Below are positions 18,533-28,662 of a DNA stretch of 48,326 nucleotides, in pieces. The first letter of the stretch is position 1. The number at the start of each line of letters is the position of its first letter. The position numbers and the translations under genes are program-made. Under the pieces are notes generated by a model. It was not told the origin of the DNA and did no database searches. It saw only the letters and a list, made by a program, of their open reading frames with translations. Origin of the DNA: an uncultured archaeon (GTDB lineage: Archaea; Asgardarchaeota; Lokiarchaeia; Sigyniarchaeales; SOKP01); contig CAZOYD010000023.1 of assembly GCA_964583985.1 (NCBI GenBank), forward strand, positions 1 through 48,326. The letters run 5' to 3'.

Positions 18533-19840
18533 TCACATCTTGATGGAATAAGGGAATTCTTGTGTAAATTCTATTAGATTCTGATCTGGATCATTGAACT
18601 TAATATTGAAAATAATCGTAAAATCTCCCGCTTCAGTTGGTTTGATACTCAGTTCCCATTTCATCTCTTCATTTTTCCTAAGAGAATATATTTGTTTATT
18701 AATAGTCCCGCGCATAACTTTTAATTCTTCTGGAAAATCAATATTAATATTTACATCAAGTGCCTCCCCTTCGCTTTTATTCTCAATAAGAACCTCTAAA
18801 GGAAAACTTTGTCCAATAAGGGGCGGTCTTAAGTTTTTAAGAGATAAATCTAATGAAGGAGGCGGAGAGATCAAGTTTGGTTTAATCACATCTGTAGTAT
18901 GAACAAAATAGAGAAGTTCATCCAACTCAAATGTTAAAGAAAATGGTCCGATAAAAGGTTCATCCATTTGAAAATGTGGTTTTAACACGAAATCTAATTC
19001 AATATCGGAACCAATAGTTATATCTATTGGTAGTTTAGGCTTTTTATTTATGGAAAGATTATCAGATAATTTGAAATGGAATTGAGTAATCCTTATGCTT
19101 TGCAATTCGTTTTCAAAAAATAGATCTTTAGATAATTGATAAAGAACACCAATTTTTACTGATATGGTCATGTTTATTATATCATTAGTGGTATATGAGG
19201 TTTTATCTAAAACAATCGTGGAAGTTAAATCTAAAAGGGAATTCGATATAAGTAATATTTTTTTTAACAATTTTTTTTCGATGGGAGTCAATTTAAAATT
19301 CTCAACATTTTCTCTAATTTCAGCAAGTAAGACTTTATTTTTATTGCGCAATACTATCGTCAAATCAGTAACAAGTTGAATTAAAGGAGAGTTTTTAAAG
19401 TAATCACCATCTACTTTTTTCTGATATTTTTTAATGAAATCAAGGCCTTCCTCTTGTTTCGATTCAATGCATGAGCATAGATAAACCAAAACTGGGAATA
19501 AAATAAAATTTATTTGTTTATCTGAATTTTTTTTTTCCTTAGATATTATATCTAATGAATCTCTATAAATTTTTTTAGCTTCAGTATAATTTTTTGCATA
19601 TAGACAACAATCTCCCGCTAATCTATTGAATGACACGGCATCTTCATAATTTTCCATTTCAATTTTTGTTTGAGCTCCATGAAGATAAGATAGTTTAGCA
19701 TTATCATAATCCTCCAATTTCATAAAGTTATTTCCTGCTTGGTAGAATGCTTTGCCAGATTTTTTAAATAATCGTGCTTTAAAAAAATTTTCCGCTTTTG
19801 ATAACTGGTTTTGAGCTTCAGTTCTTGGATCTTTTCCCAT
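18533..19840 (-). CDS. TPR/SNAP-like helical N-terminus plus two C-terminal Ig-like beta-sandwich domains
   Basis: Repeated A...Y/F..AG helical motifs in residues 1-100; C-terminal IGQSFPLEVLIENKSEGEALDVNINIDFP...WELSIKPTEAGDFTIIFNIKF. Confidence 0.6.
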   Translation of the reverse strand: MGKDPRTEAQNQLSKAENFFKARLFKKSGKAFYQAGNNFMKLEDYDNAKLSYLHGAQTKIEMENYEDAVSFNRLAGDCCLYAKNYTEAKKIYRDSLDIISKEKKNSDKQINFILFPVLVYLCSCIESKQEEGLDFIKKYQKKVDGDYFKNSPLIQLVTDLTIVLRNKNKVLLAEIRENVENFKLTPIEKKLLKKILLISNSLLDLTSTIVLDKTSYTTNDIINMTISVKIGVLYQLSKDLFFENELQSIRITQFHFKLSDNLSINKKPKLPIDITIGSDIELDFVLKPHFQMDEPFIGPFSLTFELDELLYFVHTTDVIKPNLISPPPSLDLSLKNLRPPLIGQSFPLEVLIENKSEGEALDVNINIDFPEELKVMRGTINKQIYSLRKNEEMKWELSIKPTEAGDFTIIFNIKFNDPDQNLIEFTQEFPYSIKM

Positions 19841-19961
19841 AATGCTTTTACTTACTTCGAAATAAATTGATTAATTGTTAAATTAAGTGAAAGATCAATT
19901 TTTATCTTTTTTCAAAGTATTAAGAAAAATAAAATAAAATAAAAAAAAATTCAGAATTGGC

Positions 19962-20576
19962 TTAAAAAGCCATTAAAATTAATAGGAATCCTACCATTAT
20001 GATTGTACCACTAACAGTTGATACCCAAGTAAAGATCACAAAACCAATGATGAGCACAACCCACCATGTGTAAGGAACTTTGATATCGATTTTATCGAAT
20101 AATGTTAGAAGTAAAATGATTGCAAATATAATTCCCACTATTGCAATTGCAATATATCCCCCCATAATAAACATTATTGACTCATAGATTGCCCAACATG
20201 CTCCAATTAACGTGACTATTTTAGAAGCAACATAAGTCTTATTCTGGCTTAATATCTCAATGATAGCAGCGGTAATTATTAAAATTCCTGCTAAATAAGA
20301 TGGTCCTACTAAATATTCAAAGAGAATTAGTAAGCATCCAATAATTAATAGAACCCACCAAATATAAGGAATCTTTAGTTTCTTAAAATCAATGATTTCT
20401 AATGAATCGAATATCACAAAGGCAATAATCAATCCTATAACACCTAACAAAATAGCTAACCAGTACGTTGTGTAGAAATAATTAATGCTATCTTTAATTA
20501 GAACTAATGTACCTATGAGAGCAACAACTCTGGAGGCGGTAATTCCAACTTTAGAGCTTTCACCCATATTTATCAC
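19962..20576 (-). CDS. Polytopic membrane protein with an internal two-fold repeat
   Basis: About 8 hydrophobic segments; ASRVVALIG/ASKIVTLIG and KIPYIWWVLLIIG/KVPYTWWVVLIIG. Confidence 0.75.
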   Translation of the reverse strand: MINMGESSKVGITASRVVALIGTLVLIKDSINYFYTTYWLAILLGVIGLIIAFVIFDSLEIIDFKKLKIPYIWWVLLIIGCLLILFEYLVGPSYLAGILIITAAIIEILSQNKTYVASKIVTLIGACWAIYESIMFIMGGYIAIAIVGIIFAIILLLTLFDKIDIKVPYTWWVVLIIGFVIFTWVSTVSGTIIMVGFLLILMAF

Positions 20577-20660
20577 TTTTTATAAATATTATATCCTAAA
20601 TCTGATTAGACTTAGAATATGAGTATAGCTAGAATTTATCGTATTTAATACTACCTATTA

Positions 20661-20683
20661 AAAGTTTGATAGGCTCAAACTTT
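20661..20683. repeat. Perfect 9-bp inverted repeat (terminator hairpin or operator)
   Basis: AAAGTTTGA-taggc-TCAAACTTT downstream of the SECIS and upstream of the membrane-protein gene. Confidence 0.55.
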
Positions 20684-20716
20684 AAAAAATTAAAAAATAA
20701 TGGTTAAAACATTAAC

Positions 20717-20786
20717 ACCGAAACCATTGCTTAATGATTAGTCTTCTTGTGACTACGGTTTTTTCACAAAAGTCATACTTATCGGT
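20717..20786 (-). ncRNA. Eukaryote-like SECIS element in the mvhD 3' UTR
   Basis: Minus strand reads AUGAC-UUUUGUGA-AAAAACCGUAG-UCACAAGA-AGAC: AUGA/GA core (20776-20773 and 20743-20742), 8-bp stem, A-rich loop and outer ACCGA/UCGGU pairing. Confidence 0.8.
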
Positions 20787-21248
20787 TTATTTCTTTTTTT
20801 TCCCTTTGACATCGTCCTTCTCTTTAATAGAGTCAGAAAGTCTCGTGGGATTGTTACCTAAATTTTCAATTACTTCTGAAATACGGGTCACTTCTTGTTG
20901 AAATCTTTGACCTTCTGCAGCACTACAGTGAAACATTTGGATTCGTTCTGGATTCAATCCCGCTGTTTTTAGGATCTCTTTGGTATATTCCACATTTTTC
21001 GCAGCAACGAGATTGCCAGTTTCATAATCACATTCACCTTCATATCATCCTGCGACAATAACTCCATTAGCTCCCTTTCCTATAGCCCTCATCATCAAAC
21101 TTGGCGTGACTCTACCCGTACAATTGATTCTAATCGGTCTGATGGTTGCAGGATATTGTGCTCGGATGGTTCCAGCCATATCTCCTGCTCCATATCCTCA
21201 TTTCCAACACATAAACGCAATAATCTTTACTTGATCTTTTACAGTCAT
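20787..21248 (-). CDS. mvhD: Hydrogenase iron-sulfur subunit MvhD/VhuD, selenoprotein with 2 Sec
   Basis: MTVKDQVKIIAFMCWK-U-GYGAGDMAG...IRINCTGRV...GANGVIVAG-U-YEGECDYETGN...GLNPERI; in-frame TGA at 21198-21200 and 21045-21047; GAGGT SD 9 nt upstream (alternative ATG at 21257). Confidence 0.9.
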
Positions 21249-21263
21249 ATTTTTCATACCTCT

Positions 21264-23234
21264 CTAAATTTCTTCAAGAATTGCATCTATTTGAGATTCA
21301 TATTGGGGTTCACGATAGTATCTAAGAGTAATAGCCTCAGAAGGACAATTAGACAAGCAAGACCCACATCCTCGACAGAGAATCTCATCTACATCTGCAC
21401 CGTCTGGTTTTAATGAAATCGCATTATAAGGACAATTTAATTCGCACAAACCACATTTTGCACATTTTTCCTTATCTACAGTAGCCCGAATCAGCATTAT
21501 CCTGTATTTATCTTTTCCCATTATACGGCTTACTGATGACGCGGCAGCTCTTCCTTGGGAAATTGATTCTGAGATCGATTTAGGACCTTGTGCTACTCCG
21601 GCTAATACAATACCAGGAATTTTTGTGTCAATTGGATTTAAACGTGAATGAAATTCCTTGAAAAAACCATCTTGACTATTTTCAAGCTTTAATAACTTTC
21701 CAATTTTCTCAACACCTTTTGCAGGCATCATTGCACAAGATAAAACCACTAAATCAAACTCGATTTCCTTTAAACCAGAACTTGAAAGAGTATTTTGCAT
21801 TATCACTTTAAGATTATGGGTTTCTGGATCTTCATTAATTTTCGAAATATTCGTCCGGACGTATCTTATTCCTTCCTTCCTTGAAGCTGTATAATATTCT
21901 TCATAATCCTTCCCAGCTGCTCTAATATCCATGTATGCTACACTGATATCTGCATCGGGATAGTGTTGTTTGATTAATTTTGTATTCTTAATTGAAATCA
22001 TACAACACACCCCAGCACTACAGTATGTTTGCTTATTTAAATCTCGGGATCCTACACATTGTATGAATAGTATGCGCTTTGGAGTCTTTCCATCTGATGG
22101 TCTGGCAAGATGTCCTACTGTCGGACCGTTAGGAGCAAGTAATCTTTCAAGTTTCATTTGAGTTATTACATTAGGATATACGTTATAACCTAAATAACCC
22201 GTTTCAGGCTCATATTCATCCCAACCTGTCGCTACTATGATGGTGCCTACTTTGATTTCTATAATCTCATCTTCTTGATTAAAATCAATAGCGTTCACTT
22301 CACAAGCTTTTTCGCATAATCCACATTTGATACATCTACTCATATCAATTTGAGCTTTTGAGGGAACAGCTTGAGCAAATGACACGTAAATTGCCTTTCT
22401 AGTATTCATGCCTTCATTGAATTCATCGTATCCATAGGATGGACAAACTTCAAAACAAGCTCCACATCCATTACAATCGCTCTTTACATACTTAGCTTTT
22501 TTTCTAATTTTCACATTAAAATTTCCAATGAATCCAGAAACATCTTCAACATTGCTGTAAGTATATAGGTTTAAATTGGGAGTTCGAGCTGCTTGAAGCA
22601 TAACCGGACCGAGAATTCAAATGCTACAATCATCAGTAGGAAAAGTTCGATCGAGCATAGCCATCTTACCACCTATTGTAGGGCTTTTTTCCACGAGATG
22701 CACTTCAAATCCCTCATCGGATAAATCAATTCCAGCACTCAATCCAGAAACTCCGCCTCCAATTATTAAAGCCTTTTTTGTTATATCAACTTCTTTTACA
22801 AGTATTTCTTCTAACAAACTGGCCCGAGCAACTCCAGATTTTATTGCATCTTCTGCGGTTTTTTGAGCCCCCACCTTATCTTGGCGATGTACAAAACTTG
22901 CATGTTCTCGAATGTTAACAAATTCTAAAAACGAAGGATCAATATTCATAGATTCAAGAACGCTTTTGAAAACGGGTTCATGAGTTTTAGGAGTACATGA
23001 TGCTACAACAAGGCGATTAGCGTTACTTTCATTCATTTTCTCTTTTATAAATTCCGCTCCTGGTTCAGTGCATAAACTGATATAATCTGATGCATCAACC
23101 ACATTAGGTAAGGTCTTGGCAAATTCAGCGAGTGCTTTAGTGTCAATGATTTCAGCAATATTAATTCCTCAAGCACAAACACTAACAAAAATCCGTATTT
23201 CTTCAGTATTTTTTGTAATCTCTGCTTCTACCAT
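21264..23234 (-). CDS. hdrA: Heterodisulfide reductase subunit A, selenoprotein with 2 Sec (656 aa)
   Basis: One frame from ATG 23234: RIFVSVCA-U22-GINIA (TGA 23169-23171), SCTPKTHE, NIREH, GGGVSG, DRTFPTDDCSI-U206-ILGP (TGA 22617-22619), QCVGSRD, YCSAGVCC and four ferredoxin motifs. Confidence 0.93.
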
Positions 23235-23421
23235 TGCATATTCTACCTTTTTATTTTTTAGATATCCTCCTACATTAATTACATAATATTTCAAAATATT
23301 TTTTACTTTTAAAATATCTTATGAGAAAAAATAATTTTAAATCAAAAATCTATTATATATCTTTTATAAGTTATCAATTTAAAAATGGTTTGATATTAAA
23401 AAAAAATAATTCGTTTTAATA

Positions 23422-23862
23422 ATGCTATTAAATTTATTTCAAGGAACTGGGAGCGCCTCAATGGGTGAAATAATTACTTACTCACTTGTTGCTGGGGTAT
23501 CATTTCTCTTTATGATATTATTTTTAAAATTAGGATTAAAAGTGGTTAAATCAAGGACTAAAAAGGGATTTAAATGGTTAGCTATAAGTATTATTATGCA
23601 ATTGTTTATGGTTGCCTTGTTAGCTTCTCCATTTATTCTTATAGGATTTGCAGGGGGATTTAATGATAAAGGTCCTTCGCCAGGTTTGATAATATTCGCC
23701 ATCATAATAGCAATATTTATGGATCTAAATATTATTAATATCCTTCATAAAACGGGATTGAAAAAAGCTATTTTATGTTTTTTTCTGATGATCGTTCCAC
23801 TCGTATTTGGAGGTATTATTGGGTTTTTCGTGGCGCAATTTAGGTTATTTATTCCAATCTGA
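23422..23862 (+). CDS. Four-helix membrane protein of unknown function
   Basis: 146-aa ORF with four hydrophobic segments. Confidence 0.65.
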   Translation: MLLNLFQGTGSASMGEIITYSLVAGVSFLFMILFLKLGLKVVKSRTKKGFKWLAISIIMQLFMVALLASPFILIGFAGGFNDKGPSPGLIIFAIIIAIFMDLNIINILHKTGLKKAILCFFLMIVPLVFGGIIGFFVAQFRLFIPI

Positions 23863-23864
23863 AA

Positions 23865-24791
23865 TTAATGTAATTTCACCATTTTATTTACGTCTCTATT
23901 CATCTTTTCAACTTCAAATCTTGCTGCTTTTCCGTATTGTGAAGGAGAGAACTGTTTATAATTGTTATATGCATAATTCACGTTTCTTGAAGAATTTATA
24001 ATTCCACCTAAACCTTGTTTATTAAAACATGATATTATATTATCCATTTTAGCTCCTTGGGCGCCATATCCTGGCATTAAAATAAAGGCATTTTTCACTA
24101 CTTTTCTAATTGCGTTCAATTCTTCTGGAAAAGTAGCACCGACAACAATACCTAAGTTATTGAAATTAGAGAACGTGGATAAATTTTTTCCCCATAAATC
24201 CACGAGTCTTGCCATTTGCATATAATTTCGTTCGAGCGTTATATTTTTAACCACTGCTTGGGTTACGGTCTTAGCAACATCTTGAAGGTTTATACTAAAT
24301 AAATCTTGGAAATCTTTACTACTCGGATTTGAAGTCTTCACTAATATAAATAATCCTTTTTCAGGATATGTGTCTAAATATGGTTGAATTGAGTCAATTC
24401 CTAAATATCCATTTAAAGTGCAAGCATCCGCTTTATATTCGTTAAAAGTTGAATCAGCATAGGCTTTCGATGTTGAACCGATATCATTACGTTTAGAATC
24501 CAATATGACTAATAAATCATTTTTATGAGCATATTTAATTGTGTCTTTTAATGCACTTATGGCACCATATTTTTCATAGAAAGCGATTTGCGGTTTGATT
24601 ACAGGAATCAAATCATACGTATTGTCAATAAGTGTTTTATTAAATTCAAATATAATTTTACTTGGATTCTTATATTCATCAATTAAATAAGTGGGAATGT
24701 GTACTTCATTCTCCAATGATGGATCAAGTCCCATACTTACTATGCTTTTCTTCTCATATATAGATTCAATTAAATTTTCAATAAAAGTCAT
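23865..24791 (-). CDS. pyrF: Orotidine-5'-phosphate decarboxylase (type 2)
   Basis: MGLDP, KPQIAFYE, DSKRNDIGST, LVKTSNP, VVGATFP, PGYGAQG and NSSR. Confidence 0.95.
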   Translation of the reverse strand: MTFIENLIESIYEKKSIVSMGLDPSLENEVHIPTYLIDEYKNPSKIIFEFNKTLIDNTYDLIPVIKPQIAFYEKYGAISALKDTIKYAHKNDLLVILDSKRNDIGSTSKAYADSTFNEYKADACTLNGYLGIDSIQPYLDTYPEKGLFILVKTSNPSSKDFQDLFSINLQDVAKTVTQAVVKNITLERNYMQMARLVDLWGKNLSTFSNFNNLGIVVGATFPEELNAIRKVVKNAFILMPGYGAQGAKMDNIISCFNKQGLGGIINSSRNVNYAYNNYKQFSPSQYGKAARFEVEKMNRDVNKMVKLH

Positions 24792-24821
24792 CTTTGTTCA
24801 AATCTTATTGTAACTTTCAAT

Positions 24822-24875
24822 AATAAATGAGAATTTTGCAAAAATAAATGAGATATATTTTAAAAATAAATGAGA
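24822..24875. repeat. Three direct repeats of AATAAATGAGA at 21-22 bp spacing upstream of pyrF
   Basis: Exact copies at 24822-24832, 24843-24853 and 24865-24875. Confidence 0.75.
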
Positions 24876-25086
24876 AAACCAAATTAACATTCCCTTGTTT
24901 ATTTTCATACAATTTTTAGAACTTAAAACCATAAATATAACCACTATTCCTTGATTTCTCAAATATCTCTTTTAATTTTATCTCAAATAAGCAACTCTCT
25001 CATTTGATTAAATCTTTTTATTCTTATTTACTTAAAGTACTTTTCATGTATATATCTTTTTCTAAGTAGAACAATTACTCAAAACA

Positions 25087-25302
25087 TTACTCAGATATAT
25101 TTACCCTTATATTTTTATTAGTAAAATTAATCTTTCCAAATACATATTCTAATAAGTCATTCCAAGAGGTAATTCCAGCATATTTCCAGTAACCCTTATA
25201 TACAGCATTTACAAGGTCACTTATCCCCTTATTTGTTAGCTCGCAAATTCTTTTTATTTTAAATTGAAAAAAATCCAAGGATATAAAATGCCAAGTCTTC
25301 AA
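25087..25302 (-). pseudogene. Probable gene remnant
   Basis: Short TTG-start ORF with a protein-like core (KGYWKYAGITSWNDLLEYVFG) in a long, otherwise non-coding AT-rich tract. Confidence 0.3.
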
Positions 25303-25451
25303 TAGAAATGTAAAAATATTTGTTAACTCTTTTAATTACATAGACGAATTATTTAAATAGTGATTATCGAACAATAAGCACTAAAATTGCTGAAGTGACT
25401 TAAAAACTAGAGTAAAGGATATTAAAGATATATAAAATTAAAATTAAGATT

Positions 25452-27545
25452 GTGATTTTTATAATGAATTCTAAAGGCTTATTTTTAGTTAGTCCAAACT
25501 TTGGGCATCCCAGAATATTGAATATTGACAGAGAATTAACCAAGCAAGACTTTAAAACAGATTTATTAATCATAACTCATATAAAGAATCCAGAAAAAGT
25601 AAAAGAATTATTAACTGACAATATAAAATTTATACCTATTTTTGAATATAAGTGGAAATTAGAGCATCTTCTCGAAAAAAGAGGATTAAAAGAGAAAACT
25701 AAGAATGTTTGGAAAAAAATAAAAACAATTTTCTCATTTACCACAAAAGAAAAAGGATTTGAAATTTCAATTGAAGAATTTGATAAATTTGGGAACAAAC
25801 AAGTAAAAGTTATAAAAATGAAAAAGATAGATTTAAAGAAAATAAAGCCTCGTACTTTTAGGGGAACTCCAATAATCCCTAAAATCGCAAACCTAAAATT
25901 AACAACTCCAATAAAGATAAATAGCTCAATATATATCGATGATCAATATTGTAAACCACAGAATTATTTAAAAAAATTAGAGGTGTTTGGTAATTTAGAA
26001 TATTTTTATACAATTACTTTAGAATTTAATTTAACTGATGAGATTTTAGACTTTTTATCAAATAGAAATTTCATTATGTTTGATATTTTATTTGTAAATT
26101 CTAATTTGGATAAAAAAATAAATTATCATGCGATTGTCATTTCGAAAAATGATTGGAGAAATATCAATATCGTGCAAGCTACTGATTTACATATAGCTAA
26201 AAGAAATGATGAAATGTTTAATAAAATTAATAATATGTATCGAAATCTTAGGAATAAAAATATCAAAAAAATGAATCAAATAAAAACTAATCCCCCAAAA
26301 TCAAATGATAAAGATGATATTAGAAAATCTCTTTTTAAAATTGATCTCTTATTTAAAAAAAGATTGATTAATCCAAACAATTTACTTAGAAAATTTGTTA
26401 AAATAATAAATAAAAAAGTTATCAATAATAAAATTGATTTTGTAATTATTACAGGAGATATTGTAGATTTTACCAATGTTGGATCATCAAATCATAAAAT
26501 TATTTTTGCTTATGAGAATAGTAATTGGAAAACTTTCAAAGATATTATCTTAAATATAGATCAAATTAAAAAAGAAGGTATAGAAAAATCAGAAGAAATC
26601 TTATGTCCTATCTTTACCATTCCCGGGAATCATGATTATCGACCTTGGCAATATGATTTAAATTGGGGAGGAATGTATAAAAGATTAGGTCTTAAAAAAG
26701 TTGAAGCTCAAGCATTAAAAGATCATTATTCAGCTTCTCCAATTAGAGCTATTTTAAAGAGTGAAAATGCATTGAAAGGATACTTATCAGAAATAAATGC
26801 TTCATTAGATTACTATTTAAAATTAGGCAATTTTTTATTCATTTTTTTAAATACAGGGGCGGATTGCTATAAAAAAATGACTGATTTTATATCAGGAAGT
26901 CCCTCTTTAACAGGTCTTACTCAGAAGCAAATAACATTTTTAAATAATCTTATTAAGACTATGTTTAATGAAAAGTTACAAATTGTTCTTTGCTTACATG
27001 CACCTCCCATAAATACAAGAGAGAAACGAGGTATCTTGAGTCGTATAAAAAAAAAATTTAAAAAAATTATAAAAATAAGATTAGATCAGTTCAGAGAATC
27101 AAAATTTAAAAGTCTAAAGAGAAAAAGAGAGAAAACACGTATTGATGATAAATTTAATATTAAATATGGAACGATTTCCTCTAATTGGGAGAAATTGATT
27201 AACTTTTGTTATGATTATTGTATTCTTACTATATCAGGTCATACACACATGTTAAATGAATATAGATTAAAAAAATCTTTACAAAATAGCTCTAACGATA
27301 AAAAAAAGAAAGATTCATCAATTGCAGTATTTTATGATGATTATTCTGAGATTTGCATAAATAATGTAAGTATTCAAAAATATAGTCCCTTCATAGTTCA
27401 GACTCCTGCCTTGGGATTGAGATCCTTTAAAAGAATTGGGAAATTAGGAGCATATCGAGAGATAATTATCAAAGATGGAACATTAACTTCATTTCAAGTT
27501 AATTATTTTTCAAATAATTATTTATTATCAAGGAAAAAGCTATAA
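25452..27545 (+). CDS. Large, basic calcineurin-like metallophosphoesterase
   Basis: All five motifs present: TDLHI, TGDIVD, PGNHDY, LHAPP and SGHTH. Confidence 0.85.
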   Translation: MIFIMNSKGLFLVSPNFGHPRILNIDRELTKQDFKTDLLIITHIKNPEKVKELLTDNIKFIPIFEYKWKLEHLLEKRGLKEKTKNVWKKIKTIFSFTTKEKGFEISIEEFDKFGNKQVKVIKMKKIDLKKIKPRTFRGTPIIPKIANLKLTTPIKINSSIYIDDQYCKPQNYLKKLEVFGNLEYFYTITLEFNLTDEILDFLSNRNFIMFDILFVNSNLDKKINYHAIVISKNDWRNINIVQATDLHIAKRNDEMFNKINNMYRNLRNKNIKKMNQIKTNPPKSNDKDDIRKSLFKIDLLFKKRLINPNNLLRKFVKIINKKVINNKIDFVIITGDIVDFTNVGSSNHKIIFAYENSNWKTFKDIILNIDQIKKEGIEKSEEILCPIFTIPGNHDYRPWQYDLNWGGMYKRLGLKKVEAQALKDHYSASPIRAILKSENALKGYLSEINASLDYYLKLGNFLFIFLNTGADCYKKMTDFISGSPSLTGLTQKQITFLNNLIKTMFNEKLQIVLCLHAPPINTREKRGILSRIKKKFKKIIKIRLDQFRESKFKSLKRKREKTRIDDKFNIKYGTISSNWEKLINFCYDYCILTISGHTHMLNEYRLKKSLQNSSNDKKKKDSSIAVFYDDYSEICINNVSIQKYSPFIVQTPALGLRSFKRIGKLGAYREIIIKDGTLTSFQVNYFSNNYLLSRKKL

Positions 27546-28004
27546 TCTAAAGTGATCATTAGTGACTTTCCAAGAAATATGAATTAGTATTAATATAATT
27601 AATGGTAGAAAAGATATGAATATAAATAATCCTATACTCGTTCAAGAGAATTAATTTATGGATTCGGAAACTTTAAGAAATTTATTTAATCGTGGTCAAA
27701 AACCAAATAATAAGAAAAATCATAAAAGCTAATTAGGAAACTATTATGGGAGAAAACAATTATTAGGGAGAATGGGCTCAAAATAAATAATCAGATAGTA
27801 GCCTGTATATTTATATTGAAATAGATTTTAATCCTATTCCAATTTTATACTTTTCAGACATTCCTAATTCATTTACTCTTCTTAATTGAATATATTTCTT
27901 TTATTTTATAAAATAAATTAACCTTTTATTTTGAATTATTATTCATAATATTTATAAGCTTTATTTTTCCTTAGTAATTATCAAATAAGAGGATACTTCT
28001 TAAA

Positions 28005-28385
28005 ATGAATAAATTTCTTGATTTCGATAGGAAAAAGAATATCATATATTATAATATATTTTTAGATGAAAATGAAATCTTAATAAAAATTCCTCTAATT
28101 TCAAAATTGGACGAAAAAGGTCATTCAAAGGACGTATCTATTGAAAATTTTGATTTATTTAGCTATAATAATCATTTTTTATTTAATTGTGACCATTATT
28201 ACCAATAAATGAAAACTAATGAGGAATTAAAGATTAAAAGAAGATTAAGAAATAGCAATCAACCCAATACCCAAGAAATTCGATATTGCTGTTTGGAAGG
28301 AGAGAATTTATTTTATGATAATATAGAATTAGAACATTTCACTAATGACATTAATTCGTCTCTTGTGAATATTGAGGAAAATTAG
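28005..28385 (+). pseudogene. Hypothetical gene split by an in-frame TAA, or two tiny tandem ORFs
   Basis: ORF 28005-28208 is followed immediately in frame by ATG 28209 to TAG 28385; GAGGA SD upstream of 28005. Confidence 0.35.
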
Positions 28386-28662
28386 AATTTTCTTTTTTAA
28401 AATTCAAATTCACGATAACTTCTGATTGAATTCTTGTCTAGAAAGTTAAGCCCGATGTTCCAATATCTTAAATAGCTCTAATAATCTTTCCGTATAATAG
28501 ATAACTTATCATAAAGAGTAATTATTGATACTTGCCATTATGAATTACCTTGATTTAAATCCATTTAAAATTAAAATATTTAAATAGGATAATTCAATAT
28601 ATTATTATGAATGATTATTCAAATAATTATTCAATTATCCAAAATTTGAAAAGGAGATAAAT

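Noticed and set aside
20787-23234. hdrA and mvhD as pseudogenes, or UGA globally reassigned to Trp/Gly
   Set aside because: All four interruptions are TGA at Cys-homologous sites with a SECIS-like element downstream; TGA is an ordinary stop elsewhere (40343, 43381, 47100) and Trp is encoded by TGG
24822-24875. Mini-CRISPR array
   Set aside because: Repeats (11 bp) and spacers (10-11 bp) are far too short, and there are no cas genes
25087-25302. Transposase or IS remnant
   Set aside because: No DDE or HUH motif, terminal inverted repeats or target-site duplication could be identified
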